Translations under genes and position numbers: made by a program | Shown here: in pieces, positions 37,853-48,531 of the stretch | How positions within the stretch are numbered: the first letter of the stretch is position 1 | How the letters are laid out: every line of letters starts with the position of its first letter | Assembly: GCA_965603365.1 (NCBI GenBank) | Contig: CBFDCR010000023.1 | Coordinates: forward strand, 54-64,053 | DNA: 64,000 bases | Direction: 5' to 3' | From: an uncultured bacterium | GTDB taxonomy: Bacteria; Acidobacteriota; Aminicenantia; UBA2199 | Notes under the pieces: model-generated | Databases searched by the model: none | What the model was told of the DNA's origin: nothing | The model's input: only the letters and a program-made list of their open reading frames with translations

Positions 37853-39820
37853 ATGATATACAAAAGAAAGACCAGTAGTGAAAAGATAAATCGAGAGCTC
37901 CTTATGGAGCTGGAAGAGTTGCGGCTGAAGGCCCGGGAGTTTGAGGGCCGGAAAGAAAAATACCTGGCTGTGCTGGAGCAGAGCAAAGACAATATTTTTT
38001 TATTGGATCTGGAAACCCGGTCTATCCTGGAAGCCAACCGGGCCCTGCGGGAGTTACTGGGGTATACTGACGATGAGATGACCCGACTCACCGTCTACGA
38101 TTTCATCGTGGCTCCCCCTGAAGACGTGGATCAAAAGATCGCCGAAGTGGTTGAGAGGGGCAGCATCTTTTTGAGTCACCGGAAATACCGCAGCCGGCAG
38201 GGCCGGCTGGTGGATGTCGAGGTGAGTGCCAATTTAATCGCCTATTCCGGGAAGCAGGCGCTCTGTATCGTGTCGCGGGACATCGGGCAGCGGCTTCAAA
38301 CCGAAAAGGTGTTAGCGGCCAGCGAAGAGAAATACAAAAGCCTGATCCAGGCATCCAATGATGGAATGTACTTACTGTACAACCGTAAATTTGAGGTCAT
38401 CAATCCCAAATTTGAAGAGATGTTTGAGGTCACTCTTGAAGATGTGAACCGGCCCGACTTTGATTTTATTGAATTGGTAGCATCCAGGAGTCGGCCCTTG
38501 ATCGAGGAGAGGAATCAGAAGATGCTGCGCGGTGAATCGCTGGATTCAAAATATGAGTTTACCGCCATATCGAAAAGTGGTAAGGAAATCGACGTGGAGG
38601 CCTCTGTTTCTTATATTAAATACAAAGACGGCATCGCTGTACAGGGGGTGATCAGGGATATCACCGAAAGAAAAAGGTTGGAGCAGCATCTCATCCAGGC
38701 CCAGAAGATGGAAGCCCTGGGCACGCTGGCCGGGGGAATTGCCCATGATTTTAACAACATCCTGGGAGCTATAATCGGGTATGCAGAATTGTCGCTTTAC
38801 GAGGTACCTTCGGAAGACCCTATTCACCGTAATTTGGGTCGGATCCTGGATGCTTCTGAGCGGGCCCGGGAGTTGATTAAGCAGATCCTGGCCTTCAGCC
38901 GGCGGAGTCAATATAAACGCAAGCCGCTAAGGGTCAGCCAGGTGGCTTCAGAGGCCTTGAGGCTCCTGAGGTCCATTTTACCGGCCAACGTTGTAGTTCG
39001 TTATGAGGCGGAGAAAAATAACAGTCTGGCGTTGGCAGACCCGGTTCAGATTCACCAGGTGATGATGAATCTGGCTTCCAATGCCGCCGATGCCATGCAG
39101 GAGCGGGGCGGAGTGCTGACGTTTAGCTTGAGGGATGTGAGTATCGTCAACCGGCCCCCCGGTAAAGAAGATTTCAAGCCCGGCCCTTATGTAGAGCTGA
39201 CAGTCAGCGATACCGGTCATGGTATGACACCGGAAGTTATGAAGAGAATATTCGAACCTTATTTTACCACCAAAGAACTGGGCAGGGGCACCGGCATGGG
39301 GCTGGCGGTGGTTCATGGTATTGTGAAGAGTTATAATGGCGATATCTCCGTTTACAGTGAGCCCGGTGAAGGTTCGGTCTTTAAGATCTTACTGCCCCGG
39401 GTGGGGAAAGCCGAAGCGGCCGACAGCCGACCCAAAATCACCATCATTGGTGGAGACGAACGGATTCTTTTTGTGGATGATGAGAAAGATCTGGTGACGG
39501 TGGGGAAAAAGATATTGGAGCAATTGGGGTATACGGTCGTTTCCAGTACCAGCAGTTTGGATGCCCTGGATGAATTCCGGGCTGCGCCGGGACAATTCGA
39601 TCTGGTTATCACCGACCAGACCATGCCCTATATGACAGGCGTTCAACTGGCGGAAAATTTACAGAAAGTTCGCCCCAATATTCCCATTATATTATGTACC
39701 GGTTTCAGCCAGACGGTTGCCCGTGAGAGGTGCCTGGAGTTGGGAATCAAAGAGTTTGTGTTGAAACCCATCAACCGCCAGCATCTGGCCCAGGCGATCC
39801 GCCGTGCCCTGAGTGGTTAA
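37853..39820 (+). CDS. Cytoplasmic PAS-PAS hybrid histidine kinase with receiver domain
   Basis: Two PAS domains, AHDFNNIL, DTGHG, GTGMGL, ILFVDDE...ITDQTMP. Confidence 0.93.
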   Translation: MIYKRKTSSEKINRELLMELEELRLKAREFEGRKEKYLAVLEQSKDNIFLLDLETRSILEANRALRELLGYTDDEMTRLTVYDFIVAPPEDVDQKIAEVVERGSIFLSHRKYRSRQGRLVDVEVSANLIAYSGKQALCIVSRDIGQRLQTEKVLAASEEKYKSLIQASNDGMYLLYNRKFEVINPKFEEMFEVTLEDVNRPDFDFIELVASRSRPLIEERNQKMLRGESLDSKYEFTAISKSGKEIDVEASVSYIKYKDGIAVQGVIRDITERKRLEQHLIQAQKMEALGTLAGGIAHDFNNILGAIIGYAELSLYEVPSEDPIHRNLGRILDASERARELIKQILAFSRRSQYKRKPLRVSQVASEALRLLRSILPANVVVRYEAEKNNSLALADPVQIHQVMMNLASNAADAMQERGGVLTFSLRDVSIVNRPPGKEDFKPGPYVELTVSDTGHGMTPEVMKRIFEPYFTTKELGRGTGMGLAVVHGIVKSYNGDISVYSEPGEGSVFKILLPRVGKAEAADSRPKITIIGGDERILFVDDEKDLVTVGKKILEQLGYTVVSSTSSLDALDEFRAAPGQFDLVITDQTMPYMTGVQLAENLQKVRPNIPIILCTGFSQTVARERCLELGIKEFVLKPINRQHLAQAIRRALSG

Positions 39821-39983
39821 CGCCTCTATATATTCAGGCTCCTGACTTCTGGCTTCCGAATTCCAGTGTCAATATTCTAAATCCAGAATGAATGAAACTA
39901 CGACTTTAAAATTATAGTGTACAGGAGTATAATGGGGAATAAATGTACACTTGTCCGACAAATAAGGTGTTTGAGGAGGAAAC

Positions 39984-41111
39984 ATGAAAACGATGAAGTT
40001 ATGTTTGGTTTTATTTTTAATGGTAACGGTTTTGTCCCATGTGGGATGGGCCCGAAAGGCCAGGGGAAAACCCCTGATCCAACTGGCCATCCTGCTCGAT
40101 ACCAGCGGCAGCATGCAAGGACTGATCGAACAGGCCAAGACCCAGTTGTGGAATATTGTCAATACCATGGCCACTGCCAAACGGGATGGGGCTGTGCCTA
40201 AATTGGAAGTGGCCCTCTACGAGTACGGCAAAAGTACGATTCCCGCGCCCGAAGGCTACTTGCGCCAGATTGTCCCCCTGTCCGAAGATCTGGATAAAAT
40301 TTCCGAAGAGTTGTTCAAATTGAGTACCAACGGCGGCTATGAATACTGCGGCCAGGTGATCCAGGCGGCGGTGGACGGCCTGACGTGGAGTCCCCACCAC
40401 AATGACTACAAGGTGATCTTTATTGCCGGCAACGAACCCTTTACTCAAGGGAAAGTGGATTATCACCAGTCATGCAAGACCTCCATCTCTAAGGGGGTTA
40501 TTGTCAACACCATCTTTTGCGGCAATGCCGACGAGGGCATTCGCACCCAGTGGAAAGACGGCGCCGATTTGGCCGACGGCCAGTATATGAATATCGATCA
40601 CAACAAGAAGATCGTCCACATCTCGGCCCCCCAGGACAAAGAGATCGTTCACCTGGGTCAGGAGTTAAACAAGACCTATGTGGCCTACGGTAAAGGCGGG
40701 ACCGCCAAAAAAGAACGGCAGGCCCGGCAGGATCAAAATGCCATGGCCGCCGGCGAAGCGGTGATGGCCCAGCGGGCCGTAACCAAGGCCTCCGGACAGT
40801 ATCGCAATGTCGGCTGGGACCTGGTGGATGCCGAGAAAGAGGGTAAAGTCAAGGTGGAAGAACTGGAGGAGGATGAACTGCCGGAAGAGATGAAGAAGAT
40901 GAGCCCCAAAGAGCGGAAGGCTTATGTGGAGAAGCAAAAAAAGAAGAGAGAGGCGATCCAGGCCCAGATCAGCCAGTTGAAGAAAGATCGGGAAACGTAT
41001 GTGGCCGAGAAGCGGAAAGAGATGAGCGACGACGACACCCTCGATGCGGTGATGGTCAAGGCCATCAAGGACCAGGCCAGCCAGAAGAAGTTTAAATTTG
41101 AAAAGAAATGA
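39984..41111 (+). CDS. Secreted VWA-domain protein with coiled-coil tail
   Basis: Signal peptide; MIDAS DTSGSM. Confidence 0.85.
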   Translation: MKTMKLCLVLFLMVTVLSHVGWARKARGKPLIQLAILLDTSGSMQGLIEQAKTQLWNIVNTMATAKRDGAVPKLEVALYEYGKSTIPAPEGYLRQIVPLSEDLDKISEELFKLSTNGGYEYCGQVIQAAVDGLTWSPHHNDYKVIFIAGNEPFTQGKVDYHQSCKTSISKGVIVNTIFCGNADEGIRTQWKDGADLADGQYMNIDHNKKIVHISAPQDKEIVHLGQELNKTYVAYGKGGTAKKERQARQDQNAMAAGEAVMAQRAVTKASGQYRNVGWDLVDAEKEGKVKVEELEEDELPEEMKKMSPKERKAYVEKQKKKREAIQAQISQLKKDRETYVAEKRKEMSDDDTLDAVMVKAIKDQASQKKFKFEKK

Positions 41112-43366
41112 GGGATAAGATGTATTTGTTAAGAAAGATAAATATCGCTCTATCCCTGCTGATCATCCTGGTATTCTCATCCCCGGTCTTTGCCGACGGC
41201 TTTATCGTCGTGCCCCGTCCGCCTCATCCCCCCAGGCCCCTGCCGCCCCATGGCTTTCACCCCTTTCCCCTGGAGGTCAAATACCACCGGGTGGAGGTCA
41301 AGATCGAGGATCAAATTGCCGTGACCCGGATCGACCAGGCCTTTTACAACCCTTCCCCTCGAAGGCTGGAGGGCTACTACCTATTCCCCATTCCCAGGGG
41401 TGCGGTGATCAAGAAATTCAGCATGTACATCGACGGCCGGGAGACCGAGGCGGAATTGCTGGATGCCGGGAAGGCCCGTAAGATCTACGAGGATATTGTC
41501 AGGCGGCTAAAAGATCCCGCCTTGCTGGAGTACAGCGATACCGGGGTGTTTAAGGTGCGGATATTCCCCATCGAGCCTCATTCTACCAAGCGGGTCAAGA
41601 TGTCTTATACCGAAGTATTGAACAAAGACGACCATACCATTGAATATTTGTATCCCCTGAATACCGAGAAATTTTCCGCCAAACCCCTCAAGGATGTCAG
41701 TATCAAGGTGGACATCCACTCCGGCGAAGAGATCCGCAGCGTCTACTGCCCCACCCACCAGGTAGAGATCATCCGCAAGGGCGGTCACCGGGCGGTGGTG
41801 GGCTACGAGGAGAAGGACATCAAGCCCGATATCGACTTCAAACTCTACTATTCCCTCAGCCAGAAGGAGTTGGGCATCTCCCTGTTGACCTACCAGAAGA
41901 GGGGCGAAGACGGTTATTTCTTCTTGAATCTGACCCCCGGTCACGGCAATGAACGCCGGCAGGTTATCGAGAAGGATATCGCCTTTGTGCTGGATGTCTC
42001 CGGCAGCATGGCGGGCAAGAAACTGGAACAGGCCCGCCAGGCGCTCCTCTTCTGCATCGAAAACCTAAACCGGGGCGACCGCTTTGACATCATTCGCTTC
42101 TCCACCGAAGCCGAGGCCCTGTTTGGCCGGTTGTCCGCCGTCAATGAACGGAATCTCGATTCGGCCCGGGAATTTATCCGGCAGTTGAAACCCATTGGCG
42201 GCACCAATATCGAGGAGGCCCTCTCCCTGGCCCTGGACATGAAGAGGCAGCATTCCAGGCCCTACATGGTGATTTTCCTGACCGACGGTAAACCCACCAT
42301 CGGCGAGACCGGTGAAGCCGCCCTGCTCGATAAGATCGAGCGATTCAACCCCAAGCATACCCGGATATTTACCTTCGGCATCGGCAGCGAGATCAACACC
42401 CATTTGCTGGATAAAATCACCGAGACGACCCGGGCCTTTCGCACCTATATCACCCCCGAGGAGGATATCGAAGTCAAGGTCTCCAACTTCTATTCAAAAG
42501 TCCAGTCCCCGGTACTCACCAATATCAAACTTGAATTTCCCGCCGGGATCAAGACCTCGAAGATATATCCCCGGGATTTACCGGATCTCTTTAAGGGGTC
42601 GTCGCTATCCTTGCTGGGCCGGTACCGGGGCAGCGGTAAAGGTAAGATTGTACTGGGCGGCAAGATGGGGGATCAAACCAGGAACTTCGAGTTTAGCGGC
42701 GCCTTTGCCGCCGATGATGAAAAATATGATTTCATCCCGCCCCTATGGGCGGCCCGGCGCATCGGCTATTTGTTGGATCAGATCCGCCTCCACGGCGACA
42801 GCAAGGAACTGGTGGACGAAGTAACGGCATTGGCCCGTGACTTCGGCATCATCACCCCCTATACCAGCTACCTGATCGTGGAGGATGAGAAGACCAGGGT
42901 GCGGCGTCGTGAGATCAGGGCGGTGGATCAGACCATGGGGCGTATTGCCGAACACGATCGGGCTTTTGAGAAGAAGAATGCCGAGGAGTTTTCCGACATC
43001 CGGGTCAAGTCCGGCGCCCCCAGTGTGCGCACCAGTAAGGAGTTCCAACAGTTAAACTACGCCCAGAACTACGCCGAGACCCAGCAGGGGCGGGGCCGGC
43101 TCGATTACCGGGACGGCGAAGGCCGGGTGCAGAATGTGATGCAGCAGGTGCGCAATATCCAGGGCCGGGCCTTTTACCAGACCGGCAAATTCTGGGTGGA
43201 TTCGCAGATCCAGGTGCAGAAGCAGGCCCAGCCGCAGCGCATCCAGTTCGCCAGCAAAGAGTATTTCGACCTGCTGCGTAAGGAATCCGGAGCCGCCCAG
43301 TTACTGGCCCTGGGCCAGAACGTCCGCTTTGTCCTCAACAACACCTTCTACGAAATCTACGAATAG
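41108..43366 (+). CDS. VIT plus VWA domain protein (inter-alpha-trypsin inhibitor-like)
   Basis: VIT region (YLFPIP...AELL...DPALLEY); DVSGSM; GGTNI; LTDG; TPYTSY. Confidence 0.9.
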   Translation: MRDKMYLLRKINIALSLLIILVFSSPVFADGFIVVPRPPHPPRPLPPHGFHPFPLEVKYHRVEVKIEDQIAVTRIDQAFYNPSPRRLEGYYLFPIPRGAVIKKFSMYIDGRETEAELLDAGKARKIYEDIVRRLKDPALLEYSDTGVFKVRIFPIEPHSTKRVKMSYTEVLNKDDHTIEYLYPLNTEKFSAKPLKDVSIKVDIHSGEEIRSVYCPTHQVEIIRKGGHRAVVGYEEKDIKPDIDFKLYYSLSQKELGISLLTYQKRGEDGYFFLNLTPGHGNERRQVIEKDIAFVLDVSGSMAGKKLEQARQALLFCIENLNRGDRFDIIRFSTEAEALFGRLSAVNERNLDSAREFIRQLKPIGGTNIEEALSLALDMKRQHSRPYMVIFLTDGKPTIGETGEAALLDKIERFNPKHTRIFTFGIGSEINTHLLDKITETTRAFRTYITPEEDIEVKVSNFYSKVQSPVLTNIKLEFPAGIKTSKIYPRDLPDLFKGSSLSLLGRYRGSGKGKIVLGGKMGDQTRNFEFSGAFAADDEKYDFIPPLWAARRIGYLLDQIRLHGDSKELVDEVTALARDFGIITPYTSYLIVEDEKTRVRRREIRAVDQTMGRIAEHDRAFEKKNAEEFSDIRVKSGAPSVRTSKEFQQLNYAQNYAETQQGRGRLDYRDGEGRVQNVMQQVRNIQGRAFYQTGKFWVDSQIQVQKQAQPQRIQFASKEYFDLLRKESGAAQLLALGQNVRFVLNNTFYEIYE

Positions 43367-43381
43367 ACACCACTAAACTAA

Positions 43382-43415
43382 AGGCGGGATCACCCGATCC
43401 CGCCTCCCTCTTTTT
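43382..43415 (+). terminator. Probable intrinsic terminator
   Basis: aggcgggatc-accc-gatcccgcct stem followed by a pyrimidine/T tract. Confidence 0.65.
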
Positions 43416-43422
43416 ATGATTC

Positions 43423-43455
43423 CATTGGTTATTGGTTATTGGTTATTGGCTATTT
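43423..43455. repeat. ATTGGTT heptamer tandem repeat
   Basis: (attggtt)x3 then attggct; a similar tract lies at about 49877-49905. Confidence 0.75.
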
Positions 43456-43467
43456 TGCCATGACCAT

Positions 43468-43496
43468 TTGACAAAGAAAATGCAATTCAATATAAT
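43468..43496 (+). promoter_or_regulatory. Consensus sigma70 promoter
   Basis: TTGACA-N17-TATAAT. Confidence 0.8.
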
Positions 43497-43529
43497 TTAA
43501 ACGTAAACTACCTGTAAAGGAGATAAACA

Positions 43530-43721
43530 ATGAGCCAAGAAACGTGTCATTTACATCAAAGCGGTCCCGCCGGTGCGGTCTATGGATTGGGTTTAATCGG
43601 CGCATTAGTGTATTACATATCGACTGCAACCGGCTTTTGGGTAGGTGTGCTGGGTGTTCTAAAGGCAATAGTCTGGCCGGTATTTTTTGTTTACGGATTG
43701 TTAAAATTCATAGGAGCGTGA
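43530..43721 (+). CDS. Small two-TM membrane protein
   Basis: SD aaggag; GAVYGLGLIGALVYYI...FWVGVLGVLKAIVWP; consensus promoter upstream. Confidence 0.75.
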   Translation: MSQETCHLHQSGPAGAVYGLGLIGALVYYISTATGFWVGVLGVLKAIVWPVFFVYGLLKFIGA

Positions 43722-43751
43722 AGGGAAGCAAAAGGGGACAGGCGGGGAAGA

Positions 43752-43913
43752 GTGCCTCTAAATGATAAAACCCGGAAAAAATCGGTTGATAAACACTCTC
43801 TTTTTAATAAATTATGCGGCCTATGGGAAAACAGGGACGATATTACCCTTGAAAGCATAAGAGACAAAGCGTGGAAACGGGGAGGCGAAAGGGGGCAAAC
43901 AAAGGGGCATTAA
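43752..43913 (+). pseudogene. Possible antitoxin C-terminal remnant
   Basis: Manual translation ...LCGLWENRDDITLESIRDKAWKR..., resembling PIN-associated antitoxin tails; no toxin follows. Confidence 0.4.
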
Positions 43914-44088
43914 AACGTGGTGGATAAAATTCAGTTATCTATCGTCTCTAAATATCCCACAGTTCACAAAATGATATTTCCTTCAAAATAAAATTGCAAA
44001 CATAGGCTTAGACAATGGTGGCGACTTTACTCTTTAATTCGGAGAAGCTTTATATTTCGTTTACACTATTCTTTGGTTATAGTATAAT

Positions 44089-47000
44089 ATGAGAGAAATG
44101 GCAGAGATTAGTTTTCAAAGAATCAGGCAGTTTAATGGGGGATACAGGGAGTCATTTGAAGAGCTTTGTTGTCAAATATTTCATCGTTCCTTTAGAAAAG
44201 AGTTACCGCCTGAAGCTAAATATCAACGTTTTCGAGGAGCAGGGGGTGACGGAGGTGTAGAAGCTATCTTCGTGAAGCCAGATACGAGTAAACTGGGAGT
44301 TCAGGCAAAGTATTTCACTAAACTGGATACTCCTGAATTTAGACAGATGAAGGATTCATTAAACTCAGCCGTTAGGAATCATCCTGAGCTGAAACGCTAT
44401 ATTTACTGCCTTCCATTCGATCTTACCGGTCGTAGAGCAGGCGGTACACGAGGAATAAGTCAGACAGAAAAATTCAATGATTGGAAACAAAAACAAAAAA
44501 AAAGACTTGCCAACGAAGGTCACGAACTTGATATTGAACTCTGGACAGAACACGACCTTAGAGACCGGCTAATAGAAATAGATCCCTATGGCGGAATGAG
44601 ACGATACTGGTTTGACAGTCAAATTTTAACAAAAGAATGGTTGTCCAATATATTACAAGAAGCCAAAGGCCAGGCCGGAAAGCGCTACACTCCAGAGCTT
44701 TCCATTGAAGTACCAGCAATGGACGCGTTGGAGTCATTTGCCAATCCGGAACATTGGCAAAAGAAGGCCACTGACGTGAAACATAAAGTTTTAAGCGGGA
44801 TCCAACGATGGGGTTCAGCATTCAGGAACTTAGAAGGTTGCCCTGTGATAATTCCTGATATTACTAAGGAACTGGACAGTCTGAAAAAATTACTTGAGAC
44901 GGCCACAAAAACTGAATCTGCTACCCCAGACGCCATTGAAGATTTGGCAGGAAGGACGGAACAACTACTTGAAAAACTTTATAAACTAGAACCGGCGTTA
45001 CTAGAATTATTTCTAAAGGAGCATGGTGAAAATGCAGATACGCCGGGCTTCAGGCAGTTTATGGCTGAATACCAATTGTCTTTCCCGGCAGAAAAACTGG
45101 ATACTTCAAGAAACGCAATCGCTGCTCTTGAGGAACTCAAAAAATGGTTGAGTAGTCCACAGACTAAATTATATTTCAGCCAATTCATGCTGCTTAGGGG
45201 TGTTGCAGGTATCGGTAAAACCCACGCAATGGTTGACCATAGTCTATACCGTTTCGGAAATAACCAACTCTGTTTAATATTTTTCGGGGAAGACTTTTAC
45301 GACCAAGAGCCATGGGCAGTCATGGCATCTAAACTTGGCATAGGTGGAAATATAGGGTGTGAGGGACTGTGGGGGATGATAGATTCAGCCGCAGAAGCGT
45401 CAAATTATCCTGCGGTGATTTATATTGATGCCCTGAATGAGTCGGAAAAACGCACACGCTGGAAGCAGTCATGGCTGGTAGGTCTACGCCAGCAACTTTC
45501 ACAGTATTCCAATATTAAGCTGTGTATCTCATGCAGGGATACCTACCTGGATGATGTAATTGGCGATAGAAAAAAATGGCCCGAATTCGTTCACAACGGT
45601 TTTTTCGGTAAGGAATTTGAAGCCGTCCGCGAATTTTTCGAGTTCTATGAGATACAGCCTCCTGCAACCCCGTTACTGCAACGTGAATTTTCTAACCCAC
45701 TTTTTTTGCATCTTATCTGCCAGGGATTGAATGGTGAAAATATCAAATCCCTGCCCCAGGGGAGCACAGGTTTTTCAGACATACTCAGGTTGTTGGTTGT
45801 AGAAAAAAATCGGCAAATAGCAAATGCCTGTGATTATGATCCGAATGAAGATAAAGTCAGTCAGGCATTAAATTCTCTGGCTGCTGTAATGGCTGATAAT
45901 AATACCCGGTTTTTGCCGTACAACAGGGCAAAAAGCATTGTAAATGAAATATTTTCAATTGATGATCACAGTCGCTCTCTTTTTGCTAACCTGGAAAAAG
46001 AAGGGCTTATTGCATTTGTTGAAAGGCAGTCACGCCCACTTGGCCCTAAGAAACGTTTTTGCCGTTTTACTTTTGAACGAATTGCTGACTTCCTCATAGC
46101 GAATCATCTTTTCAATGAGATTAAGGAGGAAGATTTGTCTACAGCGTTTAGCAATGGAAGACTATCATTTTTGGTAGAATCAGATGAAACAGCACGCGAA
46201 CATAGGGGATTGTTGGAAGCCCTGTCTATTATTATTCCTGAAGGTTTTGGGCATGAGTTGGTTGATTTCTCACTAAATGTAGACCGTGATATGTTGCTGA
46301 AAATCATATACTCCGGCTTCCAGTGGCGGGATAAAAAAACTTTCACAGGACAAACCAAACATATTATTTACGAAGGTTTATCCGGTTATGAAACAATTCA
46401 AAACGCTTTTGAAGCACTATTTGAAATTGCCCTAATTCCTGAGCATCCCTGCAACGCAGAATTTATTGACTCTCTTCTAACCAGATATAAGTTGGCATGG
46501 AGAGATGGCTTTTGGAGCCATGTACTTTACCAGGATTTTGAGAACTGTAAGGCAGGCTGGCGGCTTATTGAATGGTCACTAAATGCAGATTTATCTGGTT
46601 ACAGTCAAGAGGCCTGTCGCTTATGGGCATTGATTCTGTCATGGTTCTGTGCAGCCTCCGACCGGCGTGTAAGAGACAGGGCTACAAAGGGTCTGGTCAG
46701 GGTATTCCTGGCCTCTCCTCAGATAGCTTCCTCCATACTGTCACACTTTATGGATACCGATGATGACTATATTCTTGAGAGAGTCAGCCTATCAGTTTAC
46801 AGTGCGATTCTGCTGCGTGATGATGATAAACTCCTTACCAACGTTGTACCAAGTATACTTAAAACTTTTGAAAACGGAACTATCTTTCAAAATGCTTTGA
46901 TTCGTGATACTTTCAGACTAATTTTAGAGCAAGCATTTTCCCGTGGACTCTTGCCTGAAAACATTGATCCCGATATTTTTAGGCCTCCCTATAATTCTAA

Positions 47001-48306
47001 ATGGCCGCTCGTAATACCAGATGAAACAAAAATCAAGGAACTACTTGAAGAGGATTTTTTCAAGCTCAACATGAAACTAAGTGCCGATGGATTAGGTACT
47101 GATTTTCAGCGATATATATTGGAAAACCTAATTCTGGATGAATTCGACTTAGAATCTGTTTCCCTAAGCAAAAAGCAAATTTTACACTGGTTTATAAAGA
47201 GTACTTGTGACCTGGGGTACCCCGGCCCAGATGAACAATGCTATAAATATGACCGATTCATCACATGGAAATATGGGTCTGGCCGAGCCAAACCGGTATG
47301 GGCAGAGCGGTTAGGAAAAAAGTATTACTGGATTTTGGCCAGACGTTTGCAAGGTATTCTCTCGGACCATGTCAAGCCCAAATTATATGATGGGCAAGAA
47401 ATTCCCAAAACAAAACTACCTCTGCTGCAAGGAATCAATCTCAGAGATATAGACCCGACCGATCTTCGTCCACAAAAAGAAAAGGTTAGTTGGTGGAATC
47501 CAAATCCTTATGATTTTAGAAAAACCCAACACCTGAGTCCCAGGGAATGGGTGGCCGAAGATGACTTTCCAATTGCTGTTGATTCGTTAAAGGTCTTTGG
47601 AGAAAATGGTATGCCGTGGATTCCTATTCAATATTATTGGTCATCGGAATGGAGTATGGGTATTAACCCGGCTGATAAATACCCTTACCGCGATTTGGAA
47701 ATTATTGTAACTACTGCATTTATTCCAAAGAAAGATATCAATAACGTAGCCAAAAAGATTGTATCCGAAAATTTCAGACCTGATCCAGGTAAATATACAC
47801 CAGGTGAATATTACTTATATATGGGAGAATACCCCAATAGTATCACCTGCACTCAACAATTTGAAACTGGTGAATTACAAAATAATTGTGAAATTCCAGG
47901 TACAGATCAAGTGATAGTAACTAACTATAGACTGCTCCGGGAAAATGAATGGCATTACGACTGTAGCCAGGATGATACGCCCAGTATAGATGTGCCGTCA
48001 CCTATGTTGATTGATTATGGAAAGTTGAAGTGGGAAGGACTGACTAACTGGGTAGATCGTAATGGTACTACCCAGATTATGCCGGATAAGGGTATTCATG
48101 GAGTAGGACTCCTGGTTAGGGATTCTTTTCTTAGTGATTTATTAAAAAATCGTTCATTGATATTGGTTTTTATCGTTTGTCAACGAAAGGTTGTTCTAAG
48201 TGGATCTTTCGATGGTGACAGTGCCATACTACACGAAAGGAGGGTTGTATATCAATATGATGGTAAAAAAATCACAGAGATTAATTCTTACTCAGAGATA
48301 CGTTGA
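44089..48306 (+). CDS. Avs4-like anti-phage STAND NTPase with N-terminal Mrr-like nuclease
   Basis: FEELC...GDGGVE...GVQAKYF nuclease; Walker A GVAGIGKT; Walker B IDALNE; RDRATKGL, ERLGKKYYW and RDIDPT motifs; visibly AT-richer than flanks; TTTACA-N17-TATAAT just upstream, so the true start may be ATG 44098. Confidence 0.78.
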   Translation: MREMAEISFQRIRQFNGGYRESFEELCCQIFHRSFRKELPPEAKYQRFRGAGGDGGVEAIFVKPDTSKLGVQAKYFTKLDTPEFRQMKDSLNSAVRNHPELKRYIYCLPFDLTGRRAGGTRGISQTEKFNDWKQKQKKRLANEGHELDIELWTEHDLRDRLIEIDPYGGMRRYWFDSQILTKEWLSNILQEAKGQAGKRYTPELSIEVPAMDALESFANPEHWQKKATDVKHKVLSGIQRWGSAFRNLEGCPVIIPDITKELDSLKKLLETATKTESATPDAIEDLAGRTEQLLEKLYKLEPALLELFLKEHGENADTPGFRQFMAEYQLSFPAEKLDTSRNAIAALEELKKWLSSPQTKLYFSQFMLLRGVAGIGKTHAMVDHSLYRFGNNQLCLIFFGEDFYDQEPWAVMASKLGIGGNIGCEGLWGMIDSAAEASNYPAVIYIDALNESEKRTRWKQSWLVGLRQQLSQYSNIKLCISCRDTYLDDVIGDRKKWPEFVHNGFFGKEFEAVREFFEFYEIQPPATPLLQREFSNPLFLHLICQGLNGENIKSLPQGSTGFSDILRLLVVEKNRQIANACDYDPNEDKVSQALNSLAAVMADNNTRFLPYNRAKSIVNEIFSIDDHSRSLFANLEKEGLIAFVERQSRPLGPKKRFCRFTFERIADFLIANHLFNEIKEEDLSTAFSNGRLSFLVESDETAREHRGLLEALSIIIPEGFGHELVDFSLNVDRDMLLKIIYSGFQWRDKKTFTGQTKHIIYEGLSGYETIQNAFEALFEIALIPEHPCNAEFIDSLLTRYKLAWRDGFWSHVLYQDFENCKAGWRLIEWSLNADLSGYSQEACRLWALILSWFCAASDRRVRDRATKGLVRVFLASPQIASSILSHFMDTDDDYILERVSLSVYSAILLRDDDKLLTNVVPSILKTFENGTIFQNALIRDTFRLILEQAFSRGLLPENIDPDIFRPPYNSKWPLVIPDETKIKELLEEDFFKLNMKLSADGLGTDFQRYILENLILDEFDLESVSLSKKQILHWFIKSTCDLGYPGPDEQCYKYDRFITWKYGSGRAKPVWAERLGKKYYWILARRLQGILSDHVKPKLYDGQEIPKTKLPLLQGINLRDIDPTDLRPQKEKVSWWNPNPYDFRKTQHLSPREWVAEDDFPIAVDSLKVFGENGMPWIPIQYYWSSEWSMGINPADKYPYRDLEIIVTTAFIPKKDINNVAKKIVSENFRPDPGKYTPGEYYLYMGEYPNSITCTQQFETGELQNNCEIPGTDQVIVTNYRLLRENEWHYDCSQDDTPSIDVPSPMLIDYGKLKWEGLTNWVDRNGTTQIMPDKGIHGVGLLVRDSFLSDLLKNRSLILVFIVCQRKVVLSGSFDGDSAILHERRVVYQYDGKKITEINSYSEIR

Positions 48307-48479
48307 CAAGTAACAAGAAATAGAAATTTTAGGGACAGGCGAAAAAACGGGCAACCGGCTGGCGAAAGACCCGGCTTTGGATTATACCGATGCGGCGGAG
48401 ATCAGGTTCATTCTGGAGGAGCTAAGGCAATAACAGGCATCAGGCAGGAGGGGGGATGTAGAAAGTAGATTTTGGGGGA

Positions 48480-48517
48480 GGATGTAGGGGGTGCAGATCT
48501 GCGCCCCTTTTGGGGCT
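48480..48517. repeat. GTAG-type REP-like palindrome, copy 1
   Basis: ggatgtagggggtgcagatctgcgccccttttggggct; 33/38 identical to 49365-49402. Confidence 0.8.
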
Positions 48518-48531
48518 TTTGTTGTATCCTT

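Noticed and set aside
48350-48432. Short reading frame ending LAKDPALDYTDAAEIRFILEELRQ
   Set aside because: May be the tail of a lost gene but too short to assign.
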